Assembly: GCA_965198115.1 (NCBI GenBank)
Contig: OZ240241.1
Coordinates: forward strand, 192,001 to 256,000
Length of the DNA stretch: 64,000 nt
DNA from: Candidatus Latescibacterota bacterium
GTDB lineage: Bacteria; Latescibacterota; UBA2968
Direction: 5' to 3'
Under the pieces are notes generated by a model. It did not search any database. It worked only from the letters and a program-made list of their open reading frames with translations, and was not told the origin of the DNA. Every line of letters begins with the position of its first letter. Position 1 is the stretch's first letter. The translations under genes were made by a program, and so were the position numbers. Below, piece after piece: positions 46,593 through 56,578 of this stretch.

Positions 46593-47609
46593 GTGGCAGA
46601 AGAAGAAGAAGGTGATGAACTACCTGCACGAACCAAGGTTGCCATCCTGATGATCGCCCTCGGCCAGGAAACAACGGCCGAGGTTATGAAATATCTGACC
46701 GACTACGAAATTGAGCGCATCGCCGAGTCGATCAGCGAGCTCGAAGTTGTGACGACGGAGCAGGAGGACGAAGTCCTCGAAGAGTTCGAGCAAATGCTGA
46801 TCGCGGGCCAGTATGTCTCTCAGGGCGGTATGGACTTCGCCCGTGGCGCGTTGGAAAAGGCGATGGGTCCACGAAAGGCCCAATCGCTCCTCGACCGCGT
46901 CAGTTCCACGACGTCGAGCGGCTTCTACATGCTGCGAAACGTCGATCCCAACCAGATCATTCCGTTTATTGCCAAAGAACATCCCCAGACCATCGCGTTG
47001 ATTCTGTCACAGCTCGAAGCTGCGCAGGCGGCCGGTGTGTTGAACGGTCTGTCCGAGGAGTTGCAGGCCGACGTTTCCTTCCGTATCGCGCAGATGGAGA
47101 CGATTTCGCCACAGGTCCTCCGCGAACTGGAAGAGAGTCTTGCGCAGGAGCTGCAGACGATCCTGTCGGGTCAGGTCACGGAGATCGGTGGACCGAAGGC
47201 GGTGGCCGAGATTCTCAACCGCACGGATCGTTCGACCGAAAAGGCCGTGCTGGAACGCCTGGATGCCCAGGACCCGGAGCTCGCCGAAGACGTGCGCAAC
47301 CAGATGTTCGTGTTCGACGACATCGCCAACCTCACCGATCGCGAGATTCAGCTGATCTTGCGCGAGGTCGATTCTAAAGATCTGGCGACGGCACTCAAGG
47401 GCGCGAACGACGAGATGAAAGATCGGATCTTCGGGAACGTGTCCGAACGCGTGGGCACGATGATGAAAGAGGAAATGGACTTCTCCGGTCCTGTCCGAAT
47501 GAGCGACGTGGAGGAAGTGCAGCTGCGGGTTGTTCAGACCGTCCGCCAGCTCGAAGAGGCGGGACAGGTCACGATCGTCCGCGGCGACAGCAACGATCAG
47601 TTCGTGTAG
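46593..47609 (+). CDS. fliG: Flagellar motor switch protein FliG (stand-alone)
   Basis: KVAILMIALG, QGGMDFAR..LEKA.G, EHPQTIALILS, GGPKAVAEILN, MFVFDDI, LATALKGA, NVSER, GPVRMSDVEEVQ. Confidence 0.95.
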   Translation: MAEEEEGDELPARTKVAILMIALGQETTAEVMKYLTDYEIERIAESISELEVVTTEQEDEVLEEFEQMLIAGQYVSQGGMDFARGALEKAMGPRKAQSLLDRVSSTTSSGFYMLRNVDPNQIIPFIAKEHPQTIALILSQLEAAQAAGVLNGLSEELQADVSFRIAQMETISPQVLRELEESLAQELQTILSGQVTEIGGPKAVAEILNRTDRSTEKAVLERLDAQDPELAEDVRNQMFVFDDIANLTDREIQLILREVDSKDLATALKGANDEMKDRIFGNVSERVGTMMKEEMDFSGPVRMSDVEEVQLRVVQTVRQLEEAGQVTIVRGDSNDQFV

Positions 47610-47648
47610 TACCATCGCATTCAGCATCCGCCTTTCCTTACCCAAGTT

Positions 47649-47688
47649 AACGAACCCCCTTCTCATTCCTGAGAAGGGGGTTCGTTTT
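47649..47688 (+). terminator. Intrinsic terminator of fliG
   Basis: 17-bp perfect stem aacgaacccccttctca-ttcc-tgagaagggggttcgtt followed by tt. Confidence 0.85.
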
Positions 47689-47946
47689 CCACCGACCGCT
47701 TTTTGGGGCCGATCAGGGCAGGTAACGAAGTGGAGGTGGCCTTCAACCTGCTATGGAAACCGGGTTCGTTGTGGCGAGGTTCCTGCGAACATTGTAGCGA
47801 GTGTTTCCCCTGAGCATTGACCGTGTCGTGCTCAGCTTCGATCTGAAGGTCGACGCCGTGGTCGGTTTCGGACTTTATCCTGTTTGCACGGTGTTACCCG
47901 AGTCGTAGAGGAAAGTGTTTTAGGAGTGAGATTACGGGAGTCGCGA

Positions 47947-47979
47947 CCTCCATTCGAAACCGGATGGGGGCTTTTTTTT
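47947..47979 (+). terminator. Intrinsic terminator; its U-tract is the target of ISL3 copy 2
   Basis: cctccattcg-aaac-cggatggggg-c-T8. Confidence 0.75.
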
Positions 47980-49399
47980 GGCTATATCCGGATCTCTCAA
48001 CGAGATGAAGTGGGTGAAGGTGCCGTGGTTCCTGGCATGGGGGCGCGGTTAGCGTGTGCGGAACCTCTTCGGAATCTGCTCAGGGATGTTTATGTCTCCG
48101 ACGGTAAGGAAGATCATATCGTTGAATGCGTCGAGTGTGCGGAATCCGCTGGCTCGGTTCTTGACGATTTGGACGATTCGGTTGAGGCCTTCGGCGATGG
48201 CGTTGGTAAGACGCGTGTTCACGAATGCGAGGACGCCGAAGAAGTGCTGTCGCAGGGTCCTGACGAACTTTCGCAGGGGTTCAAGTCGACTTCTGAGTGC
48301 GGACGTCGTCCAGCATTTCAGGAAGCGTTCGGCAGCCCAGGGCGCTTTGTATTCCCAGAACTGCTCGAACTCGTCCTTGAGTCTCCAGGCTCTATAGATT
48401 CGGTAGTTCGCCTTCTCCAGTGCTTTGAGTGTCCGAGTATCCCCTCTGGAGCGTGTCGCTGAGTGCCGGTAGAGGAGCCATCGGAGGCCCTTCATGGCTT
48501 TGCGCTCATCCGGGGCAGCTTTACGCCACTGGTCCTTACGGACCTCGTCAACGGCGGCATTGAGAGCCTTGACGATGTGAAAGCGATCGAGGACCAGCTT
48601 GGCATTCGGACAGTGTTCCTGGATGGCTCCGATGTAAGCTTCGCTCATGTCGCAGCAGGCCCACTCGATCTTGGATCTCCGGTAGGGACTGAGAGCCTCT
48701 GTGAAGAACCGATCGATCGTTTTACGCGCCCTGCCGCGGCCAACCCACACCACGCAGGAGCGGTCCAGATCGTAAACGAGCGTGGCGTACCTGTGACGCT
48801 TGGCGTAGGAGATCTCGTCGATCCCGATGGTTTTGAGCCCTCGGATACGATGACCTTCACGAAGCCGCGTGATGGATCGGTGAAGGAGATCCGACAGCGT
48901 CGAGGCAGAGATGCGCAGTAACTCGGACGCCGCCTTCTGCGTCATGGTCTGGCAGTAGCGCAGCATGGCATACTCGAAGCGATACGTCACCCGAGAGAAC
49001 CGCTCCGCCCACGGAATCTCCTCGACCACACGACCGTGGGTAGGACACCGAATCTCCCGAGGATGGTAGAGAAGCCAGACCCTCCACCCGCACACCGGAA
49101 TGTCACGCCACCGACGCGGATGGGGCATTGTGCGGACGATTTTACCTCGACGGCCGCACTCCGGACAACAACAACCATTCTTATGTGGCTTTACGGCGAT
49201 GACGAAACAGCTTCTCCCCTCAAACCACCAGCTGACAACACGGAACCCCTTGAATCTCAGCAGTTTCGATAGTAATCTGCTCCCGGTCATAGGTCGCACC
49301 CCCTTCGCTTTGATTGTCCTACACACACAACCAAGCGTAGGGAACGATCTATGACCTTGTCATTCTATAGTTTCACCGTTGAGAAACCCGGATAGAGCC
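47980..49399 (-). mobile_element. ISL3-family insertion sequence, copy 2 (1420 bp)
   Basis: Same TIRs and length as copy 1; only one substitution seen (last codon L vs R); flanks TTTTTTTT / ATTTTTTT. Confidence 0.93.
48049..49326 (-). CDS. ISL3-family transposase
   Basis: Identical to 12572-13849 except the last residue. Confidence 0.93.
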   Translation of the reverse strand: MCRTIKAKGVRPMTGSRLLSKLLRFKGFRVVSWWFEGRSCFVIAVKPHKNGCCCPECGRRGKIVRTMPHPRRWRDIPVCGWRVWLLYHPREIRCPTHGRVVEEIPWAERFSRVTYRFEYAMLRYCQTMTQKAASELLRISASTLSDLLHRSITRLREGHRIRGLKTIGIDEISYAKRHRYATLVYDLDRSCVVWVGRGRARKTIDRFFTEALSPYRRSKIEWACCDMSEAYIGAIQEHCPNAKLVLDRFHIVKALNAAVDEVRKDQWRKAAPDERKAMKGLRWLLYRHSATRSRGDTRTLKALEKANYRIYRAWRLKDEFEQFWEYKAPWAAERFLKCWTTSALRSRLEPLRKFVRTLRQHFFGVLAFVNTRLTNAIAEGLNRIVQIVKNRASGFRTLDAFNDMIFLTVGDINIPEQIPKRFRTR

Positions 49400-49632
49400 A
49401 TTTTTTTGCCCGGTACCTGGGGCTCGAGCTTTTGGAAGAAGACTCGCAGAGAGTCCGTGTCGAGTGTTCTGAAAAGATGGCGGCTTTCAATCCGAGATAT
49501 CCTCTGCCCGACCACGCGGCAAGAGGATCTGAGCAGGTGGCAGAGGCGGTTGGCCGTCTGTGACCGTTTGTTGAAAGGACACAAGCTGGCGGGGTTTTAT
49601 CGTCCGTTGTCCGCTTTTCAAAGGACTCCACT

Positions 49633-50298
49633 ATGCAAAAACTCGTCCTGCTCGGCATTGGCGGCAACAACTCGGACATCCTCGACGCCATCTACGAAAT
49701 CAACGCAGTTGAGCCAACCTACCAGGTCCTCGGATACCTCTCTCCAAACGGTGAGCCCAAAGACACCGACGAACTCCCCTGCCTGGGTGTCTTCGCCTCC
49801 GCCCGATCTTTACCTGAAGACGTACAGCTCTCTGGTTTCACCTTCGGTCCCGGCAGCTTCCGCAAATGGCCTGACACCATCGCCTCCATCGGCCTGGCCT
49901 CCGAACGCTACGCCACCATCATCCACCCTCACGCCTACGTCTCTCCCCGCACAACCATCGGCTGCGGCTCTGTCATCTTAGCCGGCACAACCGTCGGCGC
50001 AGACGTCACCATTGGTAACCACGTCATCATCCTGCAAAACGTCGGCCTCTCCCACGACGACGTCATCGGAGACTACAGCAGCCTCACCGTCGGCGTCGGC
50101 TTTTCCGGCAGTGTCAAAATCGGCCGCAACTGCTTCCTCGGCACCCACTCCACCATCATCAGCGCAACCATTGGCGAAGGCAGCCTCATCGGCGCCGGAA
50201 CCCTCATTCGTCAAGACGTCCCTCCCAACCAGGTCTGGGTAGGCGTACCCGGCCGCTTCCTCCGAAATCCGACTGAACCGACAAGAAGGAGAGACGTC
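49633..50298 (+). CDS. NeuD/PglD-type sugar O-acetyltransferase (hexapeptide repeat); reads in frame into the next gene
   Basis: KLVLLGIGG, ATIIHPHAYVS, hexapeptide repeats, SHD, VWVGVPGR. Confidence 0.85.
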
Positions 50299-51507
50299 AT
50301 GGCGAAACAAGCCAAAAGAAAAAATGCTTCAAAAACACAAGACGGTGGGGATACAAAATCGCATACTCGCATTGCGCCTGAGCTTCGTATCGTCGAATGG
50401 CGCAACGAGTGGATCGTTAAAAGCGCTTTTCCCTTTCGCTACCAGGCTCCTGACGGAATGCTCCGGGAGCTCAGGCAGCGATACAACCTGGATGGGATCA
50501 TTGCTCCGGCATCCACGGAGATACAGCAGATGATGCTCCTTCGCGAGTGGGTCCATACCCGCTGGAAGCACGGCTGGAACCACAAAACAGAGTGTAAGAA
50601 TGCGCTTGAGATCCTGGAGGCTGCCGAGAAGGGAGCAGATTTCAACTGCGGCTACTTTGCAACCACGCTCATGCAGTGCTTTCTTGCCCTTGGCTTTGTA
50701 GCCCGGACTGTCGGAGCGTCGAAAACGGCCAGTGAATGGACGGCGGAAGACGAAGGGAACATCGGGCACTCACTCACGGAAGTCTGGTCTCACCAGTTTC
50801 ACAAGTGGGTGCTGCACGATGCGGACATGAACGTCCACTACGAACGGGACGGGATACCCCTGAATGCGCTTGAGATACACCGTGCCTGGGTGACACGAAG
50901 ATGGAACGAGGTCACCATGGTACAGGGACCCACGCCTTATCATGTGACGGAGAGCAAGAAATCAGGATCCGCGATCACCTTTAAGAATCCGGACAACGAA
51001 GCCGCTGAATTGTGGATATTTTCACAGCACAACGCCGGCGACTATTACGCCCATGTGAACTATCTGCTTGGGAATGACCGTCACTCCAGCGACGAGCTTC
51101 CTCCCAGAATCGAGTGGATCGACGAATGGACACCGCAAAGGCTGGTCAGAGGCAAACAGGTCAATGCCGTGAGCTTCACCGGCAATGAGCACGACGTCAA
51201 CTGGACAGTAGATCAAGTGCAGATCGATTTATGCTGCGACCCTTCGGCCTGGGAACAACGGGAAGCGGTCCTTCATGTGAAGCTGGAGCACAGCATGCCG
51301 AACCTGGACAGACGCCTCGTACGGATTGACGATGAGCCGTGGCGGCAAACGGAATCTGAGTTTACCTGGCGGTTGCGTCCGGGGAAAAACCAGATCATGG
51401 CAAAAGGAATAAATAGCTTCGGTAGAGAGGGACACATCAGCCGTATCCTCTTACGCTTCAACCCGCAAACAGCCTTCTGTCACGCTCATCTCCAACCGAC
51501 CGCGTAG
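50299..51507 (+). CDS. Transglutaminase-like domain protein
   Basis: Own RBS (AAGGAG) and ATG at 50299; Cys-His-Asp triad FNCGYFA, GHSLTEVW, KWVLHDAD. Confidence 0.8.
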   Translation: MAKQAKRKNASKTQDGGDTKSHTRIAPELRIVEWRNEWIVKSAFPFRYQAPDGMLRELRQRYNLDGIIAPASTEIQQMMLLREWVHTRWKHGWNHKTECKNALEILEAAEKGADFNCGYFATTLMQCFLALGFVARTVGASKTASEWTAEDEGNIGHSLTEVWSHQFHKWVLHDADMNVHYERDGIPLNALEIHRAWVTRRWNEVTMVQGPTPYHVTESKKSGSAITFKNPDNEAAELWIFSQHNAGDYYAHVNYLLGNDRHSSDELPPRIEWIDEWTPQRLVRGKQVNAVSFTGNEHDVNWTVDQVQIDLCCDPSAWEQREAVLHVKLEHSMPNLDRRLVRIDDEPWRQTESEFTWRLRPGKNQIMAKGINSFGREGHISRILLRFNPQTAFCHAHLQPTA

Positions 51508-53264
51508 TGACGGACCTCTTCCGCTATAAAATCTGTGCTGACCAGAACCTGCGAAAGCCCCTCCAGGGTCTCCGGTTTGCAATCGACCGGCTCGCCATCC
51601 AGCAGAACGCTAACCAGGTCGCGACCATTCCATCGAGCCGGCAGCGCCACTGTTGCACCGCTGATCGCCTGCTCAGCACGCAGATCGAACTCCAGTCGAC
51701 CTTCCGCAACGTCGTATTTTAGGCCCTCCAGCCGCATCGCCCGCCGGGCATCGTTGAACTGCACCCAGGCCTCGTCCGAAACACACGGCACGCTCAGCTC
51801 ACGGCAGTACCACAGCATCGCGGTCAGCCACGGTTGGGTGTGCATCCTATCGGGATCCGTTGCAGGCGGATGGAAAAGCGGGTGATAGACCGTGTGATAC
51901 TTGCCGGCGGCGTCTTCCAGCTGCTTACGGGATACCGCAATAGCCTCCTCAATCGAATACGCAGGCAGGAAGGTCTTATCGCTCAACGCGCAGTCGTCCA
52001 TCGAGATGGTACACTGCTCGTACACGTCTACAATTCGGCCTTCCTCGTCCATAAACTTCACCGGCAAGCCGCTGCCGTTCAGATATCCCTCCCGGAAAAA
52101 CCAAAAAGGTCCGAAGTTCGTATCGAGCCGAACGCCGTTCTCGGCAAGAAACTTGGCGTGCTCCGTCCACCCGACCCAGCGTATGCTGTGCCCGCGGCAG
52201 CTTACCGGTCGATGCCCGTATCGTTCGGCGAATGCCTCGTGGTCGTGACGCAGGATCTCCCGCATCTCCTCCAGACTCGGGCGCGGTGGCGCTATCGGAT
52301 GCGTCCCAAAGCCGTGCCCCCGCGCTCGCAATTCGGCTTCCCAGTCTGGATCCACCTCAGAATAGTAGTCGAGCATCAAGTACGTCGTAAAGGATGCGCC
52401 AAACCCTTCGACCTGCTCGATCACGTTGCGCAACTGCCGGGCCTCCATGTAATCCCCATCCCCGTCAAAGAGGGCGACCGCCCGAACACCTTCCGGGAAG
52501 TACCACAGCCGCGGCAGTGGTCTTCGTGTCTCTCCCAGCCAGTTGAGCAGGCGAACGAAAATGTCCTGGTGCACGTCGGCCTGTGGGATCGCCTTCAGTC
52601 GCTCGTCCAGATAGTCTACGAACAGCCAGTTTGCCCTGTACGCGCCGTCCCAACCCGGCCAATAACTACCGCTACCGCGGCCGAGACTGCTGTTTTCGCG
52701 TCTGCCCTGGTGGAAAAGCACCGTGGATCTCGCAAGATCGAAGGTAAAGAGTGCGATGCGGCCTTGCCCCCGGATCGTTGCGAGTATGGCCGGATGACAG
52801 GTCGGCTCGCCCAGGAAGGCCGCCAGCCATGCCACCACCGCCTCTTGCTCGCCCGACCAGGTGTACAGGTCGGCCGGCCCGTGGAACTGCAGATCCGCCG
52901 CAGCCACACCCTGGGCCAGCGGGCTGTCCGGGTTCAACTGAAGCCACCGGTCCGGCAGTGCCCCTTTGCGAAGATGCGGGCCCAGCCCCAACGCCTCGGC
53001 CATCTCCTGCGGCGGTCGCAGCGCGAGCAAACGACCGCCTTGCTCCACGTAGCGCAGCAACGTAGTGCATTCTTCTGAGGAAATCTGGATATTGCAGAGG
53101 ATGGTCACGTCAGCTCCGGCCAGCATCTCTGGGGTAAGCGACGTGTGTGCCAGATCCACCCGGCGAAACCAGGGATACCCCTCGGTGAGAAGCACCTCCT
53201 CTATATAAGTGTGAAACCGGTTCGGGTCGTCATCGCGGGTCAGAACAGCGATCGGCATCTCCAT
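51486..53264 (-). CDS. Hypothetical protein (GATase-like N-terminal region plus polysaccharide deacetylase-like domain)
   Basis: LRYVEQGGRLL; DGDGD, RGHGFGTH, RGH..W, LDTN, FHP motifs. Confidence 0.7.
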   Translation of the reverse strand: MEMPIAVLTRDDDPNRFHTYIEEVLLTEGYPWFRRVDLAHTSLTPEMLAGADVTILCNIQISSEECTTLLRYVEQGGRLLALRPPQEMAEALGLGPHLRKGALPDRWLQLNPDSPLAQGVAAADLQFHGPADLYTWSGEQEAVVAWLAAFLGEPTCHPAILATIRGQGRIALFTFDLARSTVLFHQGRRENSSLGRGSGSYWPGWDGAYRANWLFVDYLDERLKAIPQADVHQDIFVRLLNWLGETRRPLPRLWYFPEGVRAVALFDGDGDYMEARQLRNVIEQVEGFGASFTTYLMLDYYSEVDPDWEAELRARGHGFGTHPIAPPRPSLEEMREILRHDHEAFAERYGHRPVSCRGHSIRWVGWTEHAKFLAENGVRLDTNFGPFWFFREGYLNGSGLPVKFMDEEGRIVDVYEQCTISMDDCALSDKTFLPAYSIEEAIAVSRKQLEDAAGKYHTVYHPLFHPPATDPDRMHTQPWLTAMLWYCRELSVPCVSDEAWVQFNDARRAMRLEGLKYDVAEGRLEFDLRAEQAISGATVALPARWNGRDLVSVLLDGEPVDCKPETLEGLSQVLVSTDFIAEEVRHYAVGWR

Positions 53265-53315
53265 ATCGATCTCCTGCGCTTTTTCAATCTGATGTGCGCG
53301 TGAGGTCCTTCGACC

Positions 53316-54494
53316 TCAAGCCGGCTGTTCCCCTGGTCCACGGTCCGGTCCCGGGCGAAAATCCGGCACCGCCATCGGCACAGATCCCTGATCCGCCGAC
53401 TGACCGGCCACAACCGCTGCACCTGCCAACTCGGCTGCCCTGTACACACCGACTGTTACCGGCGTGCCGTCCAGCACATGGTCGACGAACTCCTTCATCG
53501 GGTAGTAATCTTTGCCACCGTGTCCGGTGCTCATCGCCCGGGGGTCGCCCGGCTGCCACGTGGTGTACTCCCACTTCACCGGCATGCGTGCATACGTGTG
53601 GTGCTCCGCCAGCCACAGCAGGCCCTCACTCGCCTGATCCTGTCCGCTGCCCACTGCGCCCCGGCCGGTCTCCACCTCCCCCTTCGTTCCCATCAGGTGA
53701 TACCAGTGTTGAAGGTTCGGTGCGTTGAAGCCGGTCGCCAGCCGCAGAAGCGTATCCTTTGCCGTGCGCATCAGCGCCACCTCCACGTCCGGGTTCTGCA
53801 CCTCCTCCAGGTAATAGCTCTGGCGCCTCGTCGCCATGCAGGTCACCTCCACCACCCGGTCGTCCAGAATCTGGAGCAAAGGCCCCAGCGAATGCGGCGT
53901 GTACCAAATCGGGTGACAAATGTTCCAGTATCGAGTCTTTACGGCGTTGGGATTGCCTCGTGCCTCCTCCCAGCTCAGAGCCTGTGCGGTCCTGGCATCC
54001 CGCCACCATTTATCCAGAGGCTGGCCGTGGAAGTACTGGGCCTCGCCGTAGAGCGGCTTTCCGAGCAGTCCCTCATCAACCATCTTCCTCCAAGCCTGGA
54101 CCATGGGCGTCAGGCTCTGCTGCTCGGCCATAAGAAACTTCCGCCCGGACTGCTCGACTGCGAGGACAATGCGCCAGCAGTTCTCCAGACTGTAGGCGAG
54201 CGGTACTTCGCAGATGACGTGCTTGCCCGCCTTGAGAGCCTCCAGGATGATATCCGGCTGGACCTCCGTCGCCACCACCACCGCCACCGCGTCAATGTCG
54301 TCTCGAGCGAGCATATCGGAAAGGTTCTCGTAGGCATTTTCCTCCCCGATGCCTGTGATCTCCTGGCCTTCCTTGCGGCGTGACTCGAAACGGTCGCAAA
54401 TCGCCACAACCTCTGCTCTCGGTACCAATTTCAGGGTTCGCAACCACGCCCTCCCACGCCACATGCCAACAACCCCAAACCTCACCTTATTCAT
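53316..54494 (-). CDS. Gfo/Idh/MocA-family oxidoreductase
   Basis: VRFGVVG, AGKHVICEVP, Y.PHSLGP, GHGGKDY. Confidence 0.87.
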   Translation of the reverse strand: MNKVRFGVVGMWRGRAWLRTLKLVPRAEVVAICDRFESRRKEGQEITGIGEENAYENLSDMLARDDIDAVAVVVATEVQPDIILEALKAGKHVICEVPLAYSLENCWRIVLAVEQSGRKFLMAEQQSLTPMVQAWRKMVDEGLLGKPLYGEAQYFHGQPLDKWWRDARTAQALSWEEARGNPNAVKTRYWNICHPIWYTPHSLGPLLQILDDRVVEVTCMATRRQSYYLEEVQNPDVEVALMRTAKDTLLRLATGFNAPNLQHWYHLMGTKGEVETGRGAVGSGQDQASEGLLWLAEHHTYARMPVKWEYTTWQPGDPRAMSTGHGGKDYYPMKEFVDHVLDGTPVTVGVYRAAELAGAAVVAGQSADQGSVPMAVPDFRPGPDRGPGEQPA

Positions 54495-54542
54495 AAAATC
54501 ACCCTTTAAAGATCTAACACGCCCCACTCTCCCGCTCGACTT

Positions 54543-55118
54543 CTATAGCTCCAACCTTCTCCCGAGCTCCGCCGCTTTTTCTGCCACCAGCCTGCACGTC
54601 TCTTTCTCTTCCTCATTCGCCCACTCGGGTTTGAAGCCGAACCCGGCATACAGAAGAATCGCCCGAAATCGAACGCTGTTCGTCGTCAGGTAAGCATTCA
54701 CGTGACCCAGCTCTCTGAGGCGATTACACACGGCCGTCATGAGCGGCTTGCTTAAACCAACGCCCTGCTCTTCTCGGGTCGTGGCCACCCAGTGAATCCG
54801 ACCCCAGGTCTGCCCATCCCGATCACCGAACCAGGCCGCGTTCGTTGCCACTGGCAAGCCGTCTGAGCGGCAGATAAATGCGACGCGCTGCTTGAGGGCA
54901 TCCAGATCCGTGCCGAACTCGCCGGTGAACAGATCTTTCCCGATGTCTTCATATCCCTCGCACGCGATGTGGATCCGACGCCAATGTGCGTCATCTCCCT
55001 CCTCATACCAACGGATCGAATACGCCGACGGTAGCTCGTGCTGCGGAATCCCATCGAGCGTATCCCGGATCATCCGAATCGGAGCCTTCGGCAGCTCGTC
55101 CACCGGCTCATGTCGCAT
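54543..55118 (-). CDS. GNAT-family N-acetyltransferase
   Basis: GRIHWVAT..EQGVGLSK, YLTT...R.RAI.LY..FGF. Confidence 0.83.
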   Translation of the reverse strand: MRHEPVDELPKAPIRMIRDTLDGIPQHELPSAYSIRWYEEGDDAHWRRIHIACEGYEDIGKDLFTGEFGTDLDALKQRVAFICRSDGLPVATNAAWFGDRDGQTWGRIHWVATTREEQGVGLSKPLMTAVCNRLRELGHVNAYLTTNSVRFRAILLYAGFGFKPEWANEEEKETCRLVAEKAAELGRRLEL

Positions 55119-55147
55119 CGTTTGGTCTACTTAGTTGTTGTTCACTA

Positions 55148-56314
55148 GTGTCACGTCCCGCGTATAAGCTTCAAAAGTTTATGGACTTTCTCGAGGATTG
55201 AATCTGCCGTGGCGGTCCAGACGAAGGGTGTAGAATTCTCGTTGTAGTGATCAGTGAATTTCTTGATGCAGGCGATCAGGTCCTTGACGCTTCTGAAGGT
55301 GCCTCGTCGAATGGCTCTTTGGGTGATGATACCGAACCAGATCTCTACCTGGTTCAGCCAGGAGGCATATGTTGGTGTGTAGTGCACGTGATATCGTTTC
55401 CGTGAGGCGAGCCAACGCTTGACGTTCGGGTGCTTGTGCGTGCCGTAATTATCGACGACCAGATGGATGTCGAGATCCTTTGGGACGTTCTTGTCGATGT
55501 GCTTGAGGAACTGAAGGAACTCTTTGTTGCGGTGTCTGGGCTTGCACTGAGTCAGAACTTTGCCGGATGCGATGTTGAGCGCTGCAAAGAGGGTGGTCGT
55601 GCCGTTCCGGATATAGCTGTGAGTGACGCCCTCGACGTATCCGAGACCCAAAGGAAGAATCGGTTGTGTCCGTTCGAGTGCTTGAATCTGGCTCTTCTCG
55701 TCTACACAGAGCACCATCGCGTTGTCCGGTGGGTTCAGGTATAGACCGACGATATCCCTGACTTTCTCGACGAAGAAGGGATCGTTCGACAGTTTGAAGT
55801 GCTTCTGTCGATGCGGTTGCAGTCCAAAAGCTTTCCATACACGTTGAACCGAGGACTTGGAGAGCCCCGTCTCGTCGGCCATCGAACGACAGGTCCCAGT
55901 GGGTGGCACCCTTCGGTTGCTTCTTGAGCGTCTTGTAGATGAGGGAGGAGATCTCTTCGTCGCTGACCGACCGTGGCCCTCCAGGACGCAATTCGTCATA
56001 CAGTCCCATCAAGCCTTGCTCGCAGAAGCGACGACGCCACTTGCCGACAGACGCTCCGGACAACCCGACTCGTTCCGCGATCTCCTGATTGGTCAGACCG
56101 CAATCGCTCATCAAGACGATCTTCGCGCGACGCACCAAAGCGTGAGACATGCTACGCGAACGAGACAATGACTCGAGTTGATCGTGGACCTCATCACTGA
56201 TGTTCAGTGGCTGTAACGGACGACCTCTAGCCATCGGTTCCTCCCAAGAATGAGTGCTTGAGGAACCATACGACAGAATCGAATATTTTTCTAGTTATTC
56301 CTGGGACGTGACAC
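55148..56314 (-). mobile_element. IS630-family insertion sequence (unrelated to the 27.5-kb copy)
   Basis: Perfect 12-bp TIR GTGTCACGTCCC/GGGACGTGACAC; TA duplication at 55146-47 and 56315-16. Confidence 0.92.
55151..56234 (-). CDS. IS630 transposase, frameshifted near 55897 (extra G in the HWTCRSM codons)
   Basis: RRAKIVL..G..N..IA..KWRRRF; VDEKSQIQAL, VDNYGTHKH, PTYASWLNQVEIWF. Confidence 0.88.
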
Positions 56315-56317
56315 TAT

Positions 56318-56506
56318 TGGCCTGTTACGTTAATCGCCCTTTAAAATCAGAAGAGCAGGGTCACTTCGAGCCCTTCGTCAGGCTCAGGATAGACTCCGTC
56401 GAGAAGTCCCCATTCGCGATTCGTAATGGGCGTGTTCTCGACTACGCTCGAACTGACGCCGCTCAGTCTGGCAGTAAAAGTCCAGTACTACTTTCGTGAC
56501 AGGCCA
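56318..56506. mobile_element. MITE-like element carrying nested REP-like palindromes
   Basis: TIR TGGCCTGTTACG / CGTGACAGGCCA with cta/tag outside; internal gtcacttcgagc...gtcgagaa (56360-56405) and inverted ttctcgactacgctcgaactgac (56435-56457). Confidence 0.6.
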
Positions 56507-56578
56507 CTAGTCACTGATCTCTGTCAGTGAGGCAAATGAAGGGTGTCCGCGGCTAACGTTTTCCTGGTATCCGAGTGT

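Noticed and set aside
47703-47813. Small ORF with a CxxCxxC motif
   Set aside because: 36 codons, TTG start without RBS, no other support.
44454-49399. Genomic island integrated at tRNA-Pro
   Set aside because: No integrase and no duplicated tRNA 3' end found in the window.
12503-49399. Composite transposon bounded by the two ISL3 copies
   Set aside because: Each copy has its own near-matching flanking duplication, indicating independent insertions.
49633-51507. Novel acetyltransferase-transglutaminase fusion (624 aa)
   Set aside because: The second half has its own RBS and ATG and different codon usage; one added C in aatccgactga would create a stop right after the acetyltransferase. Probably an indel.
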